Shown: piece after piece, positions 12,997 through 24,111 of the stretch
Numbering within the stretch: position 1 is the first letter of the stretch
Layout: the number at the start of each line of letters is the position of its first letter
Assembly: GCA_047495785.1 (NCBI GenBank)
Contig: JBLDXI010000003.1
Location: forward strand, 992,001-1,056,000
DNA: 64,000 nt
Direction: 5' to 3'
Source of the DNA: Lepidodermella squamata
Taxonomy: Eukaryota; Animalia; Gastrotricha
The notes under the pieces: model-generated
What the model was told of the DNA's origin: nothing
What the model saw: only the letters and a program-made list of their open reading frames with translations
Database searches by the model: none
Program-made: the position numbers and the translations under genes

Positions 12997-13211
12997 ACAG
13001 CATAAAGGCCGCATCATGAAAAGTGGCCGGTGACTCCAATAATCACCGCACCTGCCAGCGATTAGCAGTCGCCATCAATGAGACACCTGGGGTGACGCCA
13101 AGTAGGTAGGTTATCCGCGCTGCTTAGCGGATAGTAAAATCCTCGCGCTGACTACATACTTATACCTTTCTCGAAAATCAGGAAAATTAATCGCTGCGGC
13201 CTCTATGCTGT
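12997..13211. mobile_element. Possible small MITE
   Basis: ACAGCATAAAGGCCGCA and TGCGGCCTCTATGCTGT form inverted ends. Confidence 0.45.
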
Positions 13212-13625
13212 TGTTAACAGTCAAAATAATTTACCCTTCGATTTATATGCGAAGAGTAAAAATATTCTTTCTGATTTTCGATTTTTCGAGAATCACATGA
13301 ATATTACATGAATTTCAGCACGAATTTCTCAACGATTTTCAGTGCTCCCCGATATATGCAACCCCGCTGTCTGCCCACCCCGTTATTAGCCATCGAAACC
13401 CTGCTAAATAAAGTAGAATTTTTACTTCAATAATTAAACAAATTAAGTGTGAAAAATTAGTAAAAAATGTATTAGATTGACTCTCTTTCGAAGGGTTTCT
13501 GTCGCGTTTTTGCCAATTCTCGACTCTGAATTATTAAGATCGTCCTAATCGCATTCAGCTATCGAAATGATTGCAAGATTATTTGGAAATAAACGGCGAG
13601 CAAAAAAGCGAACAGCGCGATAGCG

Positions 13626-13695
13626 CGACCTCACCATCTCACGACCTCACCATCTCACGACCTCACCACCGCACCACCACACCACCGCCACCGTC
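13626..13695 (+). repeat. Minisatellite (CGACCTCACCATCTCA x~3) and CAC-rich tract
   Basis: Direct inspection. Confidence 0.7.
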
Positions 13696-13724
13696 TAAAC
13701 ATGCAAGTACTGCACACATGATGG

Positions 13725-14631
13725 CTAGCAATAAATAATTGAGGATGATTCATCTAGGTCACCCTGCAAACCCGGACTAGTATTATCTCTCTCCAATATT
13801 TGAGCAGCGGCATAATATGCGCCTTGCAGATGGTCTAAATCAGCGGTTGGTACGATGCCGGAAGAAATTTCAATTTTTTGACGTTCGAACAGTTTCATAT
13901 AGGCTGTAATGCTGCAGATTGTCCGGTGCACCAAAGGCATGTATTGTCCGGTTGCTGCCATCAGCTGCTGAGTCATTGGACGAACCGATCCTAATGGCAC
14001 ATTGGGTTCGATGGCATTAGCAAGGCGACAGCTGGCGCGACCTAGCGCATCAACGGCTGTTTCGAAATTTTCGAATTGGACCTCTGGAGCTGCACCATCT
14101 ACATCTCTGATTAAATGAGGTCTTATTAGGCTCTCGAAATACAGATTGCTCTCTTTTAGAAGTTGGCTGTTCAATTTGCTGAGGAACGCCAGCGCCCCTT
14201 GCTCGTCCAAAGCCTGAAAAATACGTGGGTAATACATTGTTTCCGTATTTTATCGAAGGTTTTCTACCGAAAGCTGGTCTACGCGATCCGAGCCATTCCT
14301 GTGCAAGACCTCGATTGCATCGTCTAGGAAATGACGTACCTAAAACAGACTGATTGCACACAGCATTGACTGGTGGGAGATTCTCTTACCTCATGGTAGC
14401 GCAGAATGTCACTATAGAACAACAGCCTTAAGTAACAATAAGGTAACGCTTTCAGTTTTCCATTTTCAGAGATATGTCTCACCATGAGGTGCTGGTGGAG
14501 CTAATCCAGTCAGCTAAAGCTATTCGACGGTGCAACTCCTCGCTACTCTCATAAACTTGGTCGATTAATAAACCTTCAGTGCTGGTATTTCGCTGAAGCC
14601 ACCATTCCAATTGGGACTTGCTCAGAGGCAT
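13725..14631 (-). pseudogene. STAT: 3'-truncated STAT paralogue 2 (N-domain plus coiled coil only)
   Basis: Highly similar to 26847-27694. Homology stops at ~13783 after QILERD; the frame then reads ~19 unrelated codons to a stop at 13725. Confidence 0.8.
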
Positions 14632-15562
14632 TTAATACTATAGTTCTTTAATATTTTACGACGGCTGAATTCACAGAAAAAAATATGACCGTTCTTATAT
14701 AATCGTCAAAGAGCGATAAAATGTATTTTCTTGGAAATCGAGCCGCAATAAGATAGGAAGCAGCGGGGGTGATTTGCAAATAGTGATAAAATTCAAGATA
14801 AAGAGCCGGAGAAATGTTAGCCCATTCATAATCGAAAAAGCTCATCTTTATTCCTTTATTGTCTCAATTCAGTGTTATATGTGGTTAGGTAAAGAACAAA
14901 ACGGAACATATAATGCTTCACAGTGTTGCGCAATGTGCTAAATGCACGTAATAAAACAGAGACTTTAGCGCTAATTTTGTTAGAGGTCGCGCACTAAATT
15001 TGAAAGTCGTTCCTACGAATCCTATTTAAGACTAAATAAGCAACAGTACCTTTTTTGTGGATAGGAATGTAATCTATGGCCGCTCTAGCGACGCCTCTGG
15101 AGAGCAGTTACTTTGAGGATCAGCCAATCGACATGAGGCCACCTAATTCTTACTCCCTTTTCCCAAGATCATCAATCAACCATCGTTTTTTCACACTTGG
15201 ATGCTACACATTTAGCTGTAATGTTAATCCGCCGCTGATCGCATGCAGGGTCTGGGAGGTAAAAGGTCAAACGATGCCTGTGTTTAAAAAATGTGCGCAT
15301 GTGCAAACTTTTTAATATTCTTGAAGCTGGCGTTCGGTGGTGAAGCCACGATTTTAGACCAGATTTGTTTCCGTCCACAGTACGGATTTTTTCGGAGTAG
15401 TACAGTTGTTTCGCTAGTTTTCATAGGCGGTAGGCGGTAGATTCGGCTTAACGCGTTTTCAATGATCTGATCGGCTTCGGTTGACTGATTCAGCTTGATA
15501 AAATAGGCTAACTTTAACTACTATTCGGTAGATACTATCATTGCTCGGGTTATATGCGCATA

Positions 15563-16221
15563 CCGTAATCCGGTACAACTTTGAACACCCACTTCCATGC
15601 AAATTTTATTGTGCTGTGTAAGTTCAACAGATGCGATTTTGGTCGAGTTTTCAAGTGATCTATGTTATCTCGTATTGGCAACGATCACTACGTTCACTAT
15701 GACGAGATAAGAAGTCTTTTTTCTGCTCCCTACGTTCTCTATGGAGCATAGTGGAGGTCAGTAAATGCGAGCGAAGTCGATAAAAAACTTGAAATATTCT
15801 CCTCAAAGTGAAAATAATGAATGTCTATCGTGTTCAAAGTTTTACTGGTGTTCAAAGCTGTACCGGCTACCCTTACAACTTTGAGCACATGCCGTTCGAA
15901 AACCACTCTATAGAAGGGCGTGCCTTTTTGGCTACGTCTTGAGAAAAGCATAAGCTTGAATTCGCCAAGTTGGACCTCGCGGATATCTGCTACGGTTATC
16001 GCAGGACAACACTTCAAAGTAGACCAAAAACGTTGTTTTTTGGGAATTTTTAGGGAAGAGACTGTGGGGGCTGTGTTGATGAAACTTGGCAAAATGTTAG
16101 ATCTTAACGAGACCTATATTCAGTAAAATTCCCAAGCGGTAGATCCCCATGGTTTCAGAGAAAAGCTGATTTGCGTGAAATGTTCAAACTTGTACCTGTT
16201 CAAAGTTGTACCGGATTACGG
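15563..16221. mobile_element. TA-flanked Tc1/mariner-pogo MITE
   Basis: TA|CCGTAATCCGGTACAACTTTGAACA...TGTTCAAAGTTGTACCGGATTACGG|TA (25-bp perfect TIR). Confidence 0.9.
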
Positions 16222-16700
16222 TATTGAACTCCAAGTCGTAAATATGGGGGCATCAAAGTCCCGCGCCCAATTTAAAGGCGTGCAGCTCAAATGGTTACTT
16301 TGTGGCCGCAATAATACGCGCGCAGCTGGATATATATTTTGGTATCCGAAATTTTACACTTAGCAGCACAATAATTTATTCATCTTAAAATCAATTTTCT
16401 CACCATTAGCCATTAGAACATCCTGAAACGATCTTTAAATGTTCCCGATAATACTGCAGTGGCTATGCCCCAGCCACAATCGGGGGTGTTGATATGCGAA
16501 ATTTAATTTTTCACCTAATTAATGAAAAAGTTATAATTAAAACAATTTAATTTCCTATTTGTAAAATAATTCTAAATTTTCTGAGTCGTCGGTGACTTTT
16601 CCGGGGTCGGAAAACAGCTCCGGCGTTAAAACACCTCCGATTCATACACACGGCTGAGCCTATTGCAGGCTTTCAGGCTGACAATGGTAACAAAGAAATA

Positions 16701-16948
16701 CCGCCAGTTGGGGCTATCCGGACGGCGAAAAAAGGTGAAAAAGTTGAAAAGCTGAAAGGTGAACCCGTATCTTCCTAACGGTCCACTTACTCTCAGGTCA
16801 TGAAATATTTACGGTATGTGGGTCGTCTTTCCACCCAACTCCGTGCAAAATTTCATTGCTAACGGAAGGGTAGTTTTTGAGTCATGCTCATTCTCCTGTT
16901 TGCATGAGCATTCGTCCAAATAGCCCCAATGACTTACCCCGATTACGG
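16701..16948. mobile_element. 248-bp non-autonomous relative of the neighbouring pogo element
   Basis: Left end TA|CCGCCAGTTGGGGCTATCCGGACGGCGAAAAAA matches 17215 onward; 16785-16935 matches 21525-21675; ends TACGG|TA. Confidence 0.85.
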
Positions 16949-17411
16949 TATGCGGGTTTCTGTATTTTTCGAATAGGCCAGTTCAGGGCGGGGAGATGAG
17001 CCACCCCGTAGCAACATTTTGAATATAGATAATTAATTACTAGCTAGTCAGCCCAGGTCCGGGCGGGCCAGCTTTTTTCGTCTTGCTTTTGTCTGCTAAA
17101 AGAATTAATAAAAACGCAGCAACCAATCAAGCCTAATCCAATAAGTACATGGTAGCGGGATAGGCTGCTGTCAGTCGTTTTGGAGCACTACGTTTCAGTT
17201 GTCGCGCTGACATACCGTCACTTGGGGCTATCCGGACGGCGAAAAAAAATTACCCCCTGATTTTTTTGCATTTTTACACGTTTCAGAAGGTCCTGATTCC
17301 AATGGAACCAGGATTCCGAATAGCCCCACGGATGGGGCTATCCGGACAGGTGTGGGGCTATTAGTGATACATAAATACTCATTACAGTTTAAGTTTATAA
17401 GCTGTGAAAAG

Positions 17412-17495
17412 TGGCCGAGTGGTTTATCGCCACTGTCTTGGATGAATGATCACTGGCGAGCCAGTGGTTCAAATCCAGGAAGCTTCACTTTTTTT
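17412..17495 (+). other. tRNA-like Pol III type-2 promoter unit inside the pogo element
   Basis: A box TGGCCGAGTGG (17412-22), B box GGTTCAAATCC (17466-76), T7 run at 17489-95; no clean cloverleaf. Confidence 0.55.
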
Positions 17496-17880
17496 ATAAG
17501 TTTTTTTCCAGCAATTTTTTATTATTATTGTGTGGATTTCCTTCGTCCATCGTTATTTGATCTTAAATATTCCGAATATGTTTACTTTGATATAAATCTA
17601 GGCTCAATTCTCTCGTACTTTCACCGCTACGCGTTTCATCTAACCGAAGTTGAACAGCGCACCTTTGCTTTTAATGCATTATGTGATCGGTACCGGGTTG
17701 ACGGTGACATTTTAAAGAACCAAAAAACAAACTTCAATAATTAATTATAAAATATATTTATTCTCGCGCAGAGAAAGACATTAGGTGAAAAGACATTTGC
17801 AGACGTAATGGCACATATCACACGTGATTAGTATCACATTGGCACTGTTAGTATTGCTCGTATAGTATCACAACAGAAAA

Positions 17881-20344
17881 TCAGGATGGTTTAAAGCGTA
17901 AAAGTTTGCCATCAACGCAATTGATGCGCACCGTCTGGGGCGGTCCTTGCATAGGGAAGCCTTTTTGAATAACTGAGAAGTAATGGTCTGTACCATTGAA
18001 GCCCAAGTGTATCTGTTTCACGTTGCTCAGAGACGACCCAAACGCTGGGAAAACGTGCGTTGTGTGGTAGGTGTGGACCAAAACGTCCACTTGATATACA
18101 CGGGCAAAGGCGACCAAGGTATCGTTATCACCCCATGTGTCTGGATCGTCGCCTTTCCACGTACTCGCCAATTGAAACACTGAAAATATAAGGGCTGGTC
18201 AGTGCAAATTCACATTTATTCGTGGTGAAACAATACCTCGGTTTCCGAAGTCAGCAAGAATGGCCTCGCGATCACCATCGACAGGTAATCCGCCCGCGTC
18301 CATCGTTCCAGCGAACTCGTCCGGGTTGTCAAGCATGTAAGTTAAGACGGCTGTTTTGATTTCTTCAGCTAATTCGAAGTCTCCCTCCAACTGGTGGCTG
18401 AGTGCATAGAATTGGCATCCACTGTAAGAAATAAATTATCGGAATTCCCTCACGTCGCCCTCGTTAATATCTGGCTTACCCGTTACTCGGAACGTCGATA
18501 AGTGTAAGATCGAACGGACTCAGGCGCTTTCGTAACAGCCTTAATCTTTCGAGGCCGTTAGGAATAACCGGCTTACTGCCATTCTCTGGCTTCTTATTAG
18601 GTTTCGGCAAGCTGACAGGAGTAGCGGTAATGGCGATCGGCTGTGAGCTCTTATAAACCCATAGGCTGGCAGGTGTATCTCTCTTGCTGCTTGTGGTAGC
18701 GTTACTGCGAGATTTCGGTCCAGGTTTGCCCTTGGCGGGCCTTCCAGGGCCTCTCTTGCTAATTGGCGTGTCTTGACACAGGTCAATGCTCATAGAGTCT
18801 CCTATATCCTGCAGTGATTGATCGGGGCTTGGCGGGCGCTTACGCTGTTTGACTTTCTCCAGGTCTTCTACGGATATGCTGGTACCTGGCTCGAGGCGCA
18901 CGGCTGTTCCTCTGCCCCTTTTGACAGCCGGCTTGTCGGTTGCCATACATCGCTTCAGATGTTCCAGAATTGCCCGACCCACCTCAGTCTGAGCGAGTTG
19001 TTCCTTAGATTTCGGCAAGTCATAGGTCATAGCTACAGTCAACTTCACACCATCCGAACTAATCTTGACATCAGGAACGAGAACCGCTACGTCTTCAGGT
19101 GACTCACAAGGTAGAATTTCAACATCAGCCAGCGGCTTTACCGGAAGTCGTGATAAAGCCCGACCCATATTGACAGGCCAAATCCCGCATGCATCAAAGC
19201 CGGCGACAATATTTTTCATTCGACCTTTCTTCATGCCCTGGTCATAGGTGACAGCTTTGACTAGCTTGGACAACAGGACAGGAAAATCACATTTTGCTAG
19301 GGATTTTTGCGATCGATTCTCTAGCTTCCAGTTCAGCAGAATTGTCCGCCACTCCTTTTTCAAGGGGCCGAAAAAGGCGACGTCCAGGGGTTGGCAGACA
19401 CTGGTAGCATTAGGCGGCAGCAAAACGAAGCTGATGTCATGGTTTTCACACTCTTCAATGACTTTAAAGGAGATATGGCTCGACAGGTTATCGCCGATCA
19501 GAACCTTTTTTCCAGTACCTGTTTTCAGATAGGGCAACGCCACATTTAGGAACCAATCTTCAAACGTCGGCATCTCGAACCAACCACTTTTACTAATTGA
19601 GAAGCGAGTTTTAGGAGGAGCGCCTTCAGCCCAGCTAGGTCTCAACACTCTTTTACTCCGATAACAGACGTATGTCGGGAGCATCGTCCCATCTGCAGCG
19701 CCGCTAAACATCAGCGAAATGCTACCCTTCGTTGAGTTCAGAATCCTACCCGGTCGCTTTATGCGTCGACGAAACACAAAATGCTTCCGGCCTGGGTCAT
19801 CCGTTAAGTTGGTTTCGTCGTAATTAACGATATAGTGAGGGTCGGCATCTGCCAGCGTTTCGCGTAGGTTAACAAAAAAAGACTCAAGAGTCGTGCGAGA
19901 CAGCTCGGCCTTTGCGGTTGAAATGTTCGAAGCAAATCGTGGCTTAATAGCATCCTTATGTCTTTCGAGAAATGAATAGTACCAGTCGTATCCAGGTTTG
20001 TTATTGTGGAATTCCGACACCTTTATTCCACGCGATTTAAGGTAAGACTCAACCACGCAACGAATGTCATCCCGATTCAACGGGAAACCAAAGTCACCCA
20101 ACATTGACACGTACTTTACCAGGGCTAACTCGACGTCGTCAGCAAGGGCACGCGGATGTCCAGCATAACCGATCTGGGGTGTTCGATAGTGGCGATACAA
20201 GGTGGTTTTTGGTATTCCCGTTTCAGAAGCAACAGAGGCGAATGGCTTCCCATCTTTCAACTGAACCAAAGCGCGTTTTAAGTCAGTCGGCGTGTAATCA
20301 CGACAACTTCGTCGGGTCTTCTTCGCGGTATACTTGCGGACCAT
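17881..20344 (-). CDS. pogo/CENP-B-like transposase (HTH_psq, CENPB HTH, DDE_1, AT-hook-like) fused by splicing to a C-terminal OTU cysteine protease; 782 aa
   Basis: Exons 20344-18480, 18421-18237, 18179-17881. Triad NYDET / GDNLSSH / QPLD with 35-residue spacing. OTU Cys box DVPSNGGCQFYALSHQL, WGD motif, His box HLGFNGTDHYFSV. Confidence 0.88.
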
Positions 20345-20448
20345 GTCAATCGCTTAAATGTCACCAGGCAATTTTTAATAACCCTATTTCCAAAGAAAAA
20401 TTGAATAGACGTAAACATCTCGGACTCGTTATTGCACAGACTCGACCC

Positions 20449-20887
20449 TTAAGCCAACAAGCCGACAACAATTAAAGCAGCTTTTTCAAATTCGCCGTAA
20501 AAGAAAACTATCTCCAAATGGGCTACAACACCCATACCACGTCCGTCGTTGAATCGTTCACCCGTGACCGTAACTTGCATAGGTAGATTCATGTCGATTG
20601 CAGCATGTATCTGAGAAAGGTACTCCCTCCCGACATGACCCAGTGGACGCCGGTCTGTAAGTCTAATTACCTGTAACAGAAAATATAAATGCTTGCATGC
20701 AGTCAATTGTAATGCATCTAACCTTGATCGCTTTTGGATCGTGAACATTATCAGGCTCTTTTTCGAAATAGCAGACATCGCCCGGCAAGCATTTAGCAAC
20801 GAACCTGCTATGCTGCCCCACCAAGAGCGCCTTCGCCTTACCTGTTTTGATAAGCTTGAGGCTTTCCTTAGGACAGGGGGTTAACAT
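20449..20887 (-). CDS. Stand-alone HIRAN-domain protein (128 aa, 2 exons) inside the pogo element
   Basis: Exons 20887-20723 and 20670-20449 (phase 0). Sequence LLVGQH..GDVCYFEKEPDNVHDPKAIKVIRLTDRRPLGHVGRE fits the HIRAN pattern ExxNxxDxxAIxV...GxVP/R. Confidence 0.75.
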
Positions 20888-21893
20888 TTTTCCTAGATGT
20901 TAAAAATGTATCAAATCAAAATCAACGTCGACTTAGTGAATTTATCTGTAAAACTTTGCATTCTTTAAGATACCATCAGAAAATCGTGGTTACTGATAGC
21001 TGAACACATCTAACATTGGTTATAATGACCATTAATAGGTAGCGATACGAACCGTGAAGTGTAACTGTCGCCTGGGCGTCATGCGTGAATAATGCAAGTA
21101 AGCGCAAGCAATCCGCGCTAAGTTCCCTTGCCGGCAGCGTTTAACTCTTAGCGCGTACTGTAATGTGAAAAACAAAATTATTTACAAATAACATAAAAAT
21201 TATTTAATTTCTGTTAATAACATATGAAAAACATAAATATTATATAGTTTATTATTTAGTATTCTCTTCATTAGCCGCATTTTTTGTTCCGATTGCCCCA
21301 CAACCTCATGTTTTCGTGGGGCTAAAAGGACGCAATTAATTAGACAAAAGTATGATTCTGATCGGGCCGTTTTCAATTTTCATGGGTTCCATGGCGTCTA
21401 TAGATTCAGAAAAAATTGGGCGCAGGTCCAGCAATATTCTCTTCGGGTCCAGGTAATTCAACGCAGAACAGTGATTAAACTGAGTTAAACTTACACCTGA
21501 AAGGTAAGCCCATATCTTCACAACCACTTACTCTCAGGTCATGAAATTTTTATGGCATGTGGGTCGTCTTTCCACCTAACTCTGTGCAAAATTTCATTGC
21601 CAACGGCCGGGTAGTTTTTAAGCTATGCTCATTCTCCCGTTTGCATGAACATTTGTCCGAATAGCCCCAATGACCCAGATTACCCCAAATGACGGTACTG
21701 CAGAGGACGATGTTGCCATAGTGAAAGTGGTGCGAATCATGGCGAAATAAGCCGTCCTGTCCCAGCGCATGGACAGGCCTGGGGTCCTGGCTAATCAGCG
21801 GAAAAATGGCATGTTCCGAGAGCAGCGGCGTATTGCTAGATCAACGTGGGATCTAGCCTAGTAGTAGTATTCGCATCTGGCACTACGCCGAGG

Positions 21894-22420
21894 CAGGGTA
21901 TAATACCGACCGGTTTTTTGTTGAAAAAACCACCCACTAGTTTAAACCGGTAAAAACCGGTAAAAACAACCTGTTTTATTTTAAACCTTTTTTCTTTTGC
22001 AATTTCATTATTTTTATTAAAGAAACACGTGTTTATTTTTTCATGATTGTCAGCGTCTTCATTTTATTCATTTTCTTACTTTTGTCTACCTAAGGATTTA
22101 CTCAATCTTCAAAGGTTCGCTGAATGCGAATACGAAACCCGAATTGGATGAATTTGATATCAAATTGAAGCTAGAGATCTGATACTGATACTGATATTAT
22201 GTCTAAGGGCGTGATTCAAACCGGTTCATCAAGCTGGTCAGGATCATAGCCCAGCGCCTAGTAAATGCCAGTGCAGTCGCTTCGCACAGAAATTTCCTCC
22301 GAAACTCGGTGATCAGCATTGCGGTTTGCACGAGCTGATTAGTGTTGCTGCCACCAGAATCGACTGCGTTTACAAGGAATAAATCACCGATGACGAGCGT
22401 GATTTCCATCAAAATAGAAT
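21894..22420 (-). mobile_element. Possible degraded hAT remnant
   Basis: CAGGGT end with AAAACCGG repeats; mixed-frame FWW..RKFLCEAT..ILTSLMNR resembles the hAT dimerisation domain. Confidence 0.3.
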
Positions 22421-22592
22421 TCGGTGCTAAAAAGGATCGATTTAGAAAGGAATTAAACAAACAAATTTGCCAAACGATTTTTTAATTGCAACAAAATTAT
22501 TTGAATCAGACACCATTGCGTGGTTAGGTATTTTATCCAGATTTCGAGCAGAAAATGGGTTTTTCTTCGGAAAATAACCAAACATGTGGGGA

Positions 22593-22707
22593 GAGGAATC
22601 CTCAACGGTGTGGAGGGCAAAACCTCGATTTCAGCCCTTGAAAATACCCCCGCGACGCCCTCGGGCATTTTCACATTTCTGCCCTCAACACCGTTAAGAA
22701 TTTCTTA
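22593..22707. mobile_element. Small MITE/hairpin
   Basis: AGGAATCCTCAACGGTGTGGAGGGCAAAA and TTTCTGCCCTCAACACCGTTAAGAATTTCT are inverted. Confidence 0.6.
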
Positions 22708-22714
22708 ATTTAAG

Positions 22715-23093
22715 CAATGGGGGTTCTATTCCGGCAATCAAAAGCGATGAAACGATTAAATATCTTGGCGTCACTTTCCATGATGAAAGTGTGTTCGACG
22801 AAGCAGCCGTCATCTCCGACCTGAAGGAACAACTAGAACTGCTAGCAAATTCGAATCTATCACTAGCAGACCCAATATTTTCTATTTTAATTAACTCAGT
22901 TCATCGGGCCAAAGCTTATTTATCCGTTTCAAACGGCGCCAATTAAAGCGAGGAAAACATTTTTGGAATCCGTTGACGTCATTATGCGTAGCGTCGTTGA
23001 AGAATGCGTCGGTTTTCCTACAAGCAGGCCCACTAGCTTCTTCTATGCAGCTCGTAAACATCGTGACCTTGGCCTTCCGAAAGCTACTTTATG
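22715..23093 (+). mobile_element. Non-LTR retrotransposon RT/thumb fragment (R2/NeSL-like)
   Basis: IKYLGVTF..LKEQLELLANSNL..PKLIYPF..LESVDVIMRSVVEECVGFP..SFFYAARKHRDLGLP, frameshifted. Confidence 0.75.
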
Positions 23094-24111
23094 AGAAAAA
23101 AGTAAATGAGAATGAAGAAACGTCTTTGTTTGTTTCTATTTCCGGTATCTGAGGATACAAGAAATGCGTGTATCCACTTTTATTTGAGCAATGACATGCG
23201 ATAAGTCAGCTTCACCGCAAATCTAAAGGATCAATTTTCATGATGAATCTGCGGTGATTGTGCAACCATGGTTTATTGCTCGCAAACGACATGTGAATCA
23301 TGGCGGAACAGGGCTATTTCGTGCAATGTATAGCGATAATGTGCGCGAACGACAGGGCGTACGGTGCATGAGAAGTCTACCCAAGGAAACCCCAAAAACC
23401 AAAAAGGGCATTTTGCCTGATAAATTCGGGACCGACTACACGCGGAAGCAACGCCAGCTCGTGGATCCTACTTCGAACACGGTGGCTATGCATTCTATGA
23501 GTAATAGCCAATCCACTTTTTACGCTGGATCTTTGACAAAACCATTTGGGCTGCACAGAAACTTTTTAAGAAGCCTAACCAACCAGGAGAGCCATTTTTC
23601 CTTCATTGGAGTTACATCTAGCTGATTCCGGCCTTGGGACCGATTCTAAGCATAGTTTTGGAAGGCCTTACATTGCCCTCAGGAAGAAGACTGTACGCTT
23701 GTCCACTGACGAATTCTACTAAGAAATGAGAAACGAGAACTTCGATTGAAGCCAGAACGGTCTTGTCAAAGATCCACCTTAAAAAGTGGATTGGCGATTC
23801 TGCAATTGTAAATTTCCGCAGAAAAAGGATTGGTGGGATCTGGGATACATTCTGGCTTCTATCAAAGGTAACGTTTCTAAATACATATACATTTCATGTA
23901 AAACATGAATTTTTTATTGCATTTATCCATGGAAGTAAAAGGATAATGACTTTCACAGACACAAATATAACCGAACCGGGTCAAGAGAATAATATGATAT
24001 AAGGCAATCTCTTATTCGCTTCAAGTATTACCGAAGCAATAATCAACCACATAAGAAACATTTAACCGATTTCTTAGGTTCTTAGGAAATAATGATCAAT
24101 GATTTCATCAA

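Larger units (their letters stand above)
17215..21695 (-). mobile_element. Complete pogo-superfamily DNA transposon (DD35D) carrying HIRAN and OTU modules
   Basis: TA|CCGTCACTTGGGG...CCCCAAATGACGG|TA; subterminal GGGGCTAT(C/T)CGGAC repeats at both ends; uninterrupted transposase ORF. Confidence 0.9.

Noticed and set aside
20345-20448. HIRAN-transposase single fusion ORF
   Set aside because: The HIRAN frame has TAA at 20449, and in-frame stops precede the transposase ATG.
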